Assembly (NCBI GenBank): GCA_022813965.1
Contig: JALDZS010000001.1
Location: forward strand, 372,001-436,000
DNA length: 64,000 nucleotides
Source: Toensbergia leucococca
Lineage: Eukaryota
Direction of reading: 5' to 3'
Under the pieces are notes generated by a model that was not told the DNA's origin, ran no database searches, and was given only the letters and a program-made list of their open reading frames with translations. Shown here piece after piece: positions 61,494 through 64,000 of this stretch. The number at the start of each line of letters is the position of its first letter. Within the stretch, counting starts at the first letter, position 1. Made by a program: the position numbers and the translations under genes.

Positions 61494-61862
61494 GTAAAGA
61501 TCGCAGTACACAAATCTGCGACTTCTGTTTACCTTGGTGGAATTCAAGATTGACGTAGATGATATGTCCACTGTGTCCAGTCTTCCGAGAAAATATACAC
61601 GTCGAATCGGGATCTTCATAGTTTTGTTTTGTAGCTCATGATACCCTCTTCTCACGTTATTAGCCAGACCTAAGACACCATTTCACACATTCCATCTCGC
61701 TACTAAGAATCCTCCTTAACACGTTGAGATCTTGCTACATATTGCAATACTCTTTAAAATACTCCAGTGCAGGTTTCAGCTACTACATCTAGATACCCTT
61801 GGTAGGCTTGTTCCAGATCCAAGTTAAGTGCTTGCCTAAGTTGCTAATACATGATCTAGACA

Positions 61863-62423
61863 ATGTCCGACACCAGTCGTGAGTACCAAATTCAAGTCCA
61901 CAGCATGTGCGTCCATGTTTTTATTATCCTAACATGATACAGGAACGCCCATCCTAGAAGGCATAGAGATTCAGCTCATGGAGCATGCTGTGCTACGGCT
62001 AGACCAATACGAGACCGATGTCGCTGAACTCATACAATACACGTCTGAGCTACAGCGAGACTTTGATGAGCAAGACGATTACATCAAACATCTTCGTGGC
62101 ACCATCAAATACCTTCATGGCTTCGTCAAAGACCTTCGTAGAGCCCACCGGGTGCTAGAAACAACGGCGGAGAATGTGATGAAGTTAATAAAATCCTATT
62201 TGTGGACCAGGCAAATATCATCGAGAGTCAAAAGGCAGAAATCGATGAGCTCAAGCAGAAAATCATGGACCGGGATAGATGCGTCCGCTTCTGGCTTATG
62301 GAGCCGAATCTGATAGTGGTAAAGACGGAAGGATCTGATGACAAGGAGGTAGGGGTCGACGGGGTTGAGGGAGGTGAAAGAGGTGCAGAGGGTGGGGAGC
62401 ATTTGGATGGCGAGGAATCTTGA
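61863..62423 (+). CDS. Small hypothetical coiled-coil protein, probably 3 exons
   Basis: ATG 61863 with a GTGAGT..CTAAC..CAG intron joins in frame to the 61978 ORF; a probable second intron ending ~62210 leads into ANIIESQKAEIDELKQK. Confidence 0.55.
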
Positions 62424-63764
62424 AGATATTGGCTATATCAAAGCACAAAAATCGAATGTCGTCTCACTGCTGACTATCCTTGATACTAATCTAACATGAA
62501 GGCCAATGTGACATGATCACCGTCAAAAAAGACCATGACTTGTTCCAAGGTAGCTGAATGATGACTCTCAACATAGTCTTTGTGCCCATTCAAGAAATTA
62601 CCACAACCAATCTGTCTTGATTCCGTACTTGTGCACCAAAGGTCGGTTGCCTTCGAGCCAAAACTTAAGCGATACCCTAACGCGCTAACAAATATCCACA
62701 GCACATGTATCCATGACGACAACATTGAATCACTTCAAACATGATGGTAGACGCACAACTCAACTGATTCCATTTCACACATCAACTTACTCTGGAGTCC
62801 AGTGAACGACATAGTGATAGAGTTACGTGGTCATCAAGGGATTCTCATCATTGCATTCATTAAGATTGCAAAATGCTGACCAGCACTACAAGTAGGTACG
62901 AAGTTCCTTGGCTGTTCTCAGCTTCTCGATCTCTCATAGTCTTCCATCACTATGTACCATTCTCAAGTCTTTCAATCACCCACATACTTTCCTTGGGATT
63001 TCAAATAAAGGTAGCCGCTTTGAGGGGCTTCTTACGAAGGTAGAGGGATCTTCACAGCACTGGGTCATCAACATCTGCTGCTACTATCTGATAGTGGCTC
63101 ATCGAGGCTGCTAGAGTCAAATTGTCTTAGCATATGTACTCTCAATACCATTTGGTAGTGGATTTGCTAGTGATTTGAGGAAACTCACATGCACCAAGTA
63201 TGTTTCCTTCCGGAAATCCTGAAGTGGCTTTCGTTATTCAATATGCTAACAGGTTCATCAAGAAATCTAGACTGGTCCCAAGCCCTGTTTGTCCTGATCT
63301 TCAACGAGTCATCAAGAGAGCACCGTTGTCAATTCGCCACGATCTTAGCTCTGAAGACGGACGAACTTCCGTTCTTAACAAACGAGACCCGGAGAGTGAA
63401 GCCTTTGGACTGGATTACGAAAAACAATATTTACCGATTGTGGACTTCTGGTATGCTCATTGTCGAAGAAGACATATACATTGAAAACGACAGTCGGAGA
63501 TTGACGCATCGGTATTGGACTTAAAACAACACCGGCAAGGGGCGCAGCGGGCTGCTAGAATGGAGATTGCGACTTCGGATTGCCTCAATCTGAGGTACTA
63601 GTCAACCCATTTCACACTACCACACCTTCGCAGTCACTAATTTGGTTTTAAGAGATTCACAACCATCACTTCATCAAGGGGATAAGGTTCAATAACAATC
63701 AAAGAATGATTCACAGAAGCCACATATATAGTAACTGAGATTTACTACTTCTCAACTATTCTCC

Positions 63765-64000
63765 TCAGTAGTTCTTACTATAGCGAGGCGTTATAAAGAA
63801 CGAGTAGCCAGAAACAGGCAGAAATTCTGTAACCAAACGGCTTGTCAGGACCATCACCTTCCTCGCCATTTGCTCGGATAGCCACCCATAGGAGTACTCA
63901 TACTGACTGTCTTTGATAGCATATATCCACCTCAAAGGTAGGGTTAGTTTCAATTAAGTCATACTCCAAGGCGCTGATACGTGATCCAGACAATGTGTGA
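63765..64000 (-). CDS. Possible last exon(s) of a gene extending past the right edge
   Basis: A GTATGA..CTAAC..AG intron-like segment precedes WIYAIKDSQYEYSYGW..PRYSKNY-stop. Confidence 0.3.

Overview
Gene-dense eukaryotic DNA from a filamentous ascomycete (Pezizomycotina), judged from short GT..CTRAC..YAG introns and the fungal gene families present. About 25 protein-coding genes are supported. Recognisable ones are a Doa10/MARCH6 E3 ligase (runs off the left edge), a SHE10-like Ser/Ala-rich protein, a TetX-like flavin monooxygenase, TRAPP subunit Trs20, an SDR, mitochondrial ribosomal mL60/MrpL31, a divergent velvet-domain protein, DBP9 helicase, a DUF6590-type protein, an FNR-type flavoprotein lacking a flavodoxin domain, arginyl-tRNA synthetase, a GH47 alpha-1,2-mannosidase, Med20, calmodulin and the t-SNARE Tlg2. 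The rest are hypothetical. I saw no rRNA, tRNA, CRISPR array or intact transposase. The most striking non-genic structure is an ~840-bp fold-back element (11360-12200) flanked by TA, about 460 bp upstream of the TetX-like gene, which has no in-frame ATG (ACG sits where the start is expected). Other points of interest are a degenerating 88-bp tandem array, two strand-biased homopolymer-rich blocks (hypermutated relics or assembly artefacts), a likely dual-targeted ArgRS, a CCGGGCC-motif reductase and a protein with a degenerate HExxH motif. Exon boundaries were read by eye and family assignments come from motif recognition; no database searches were run.
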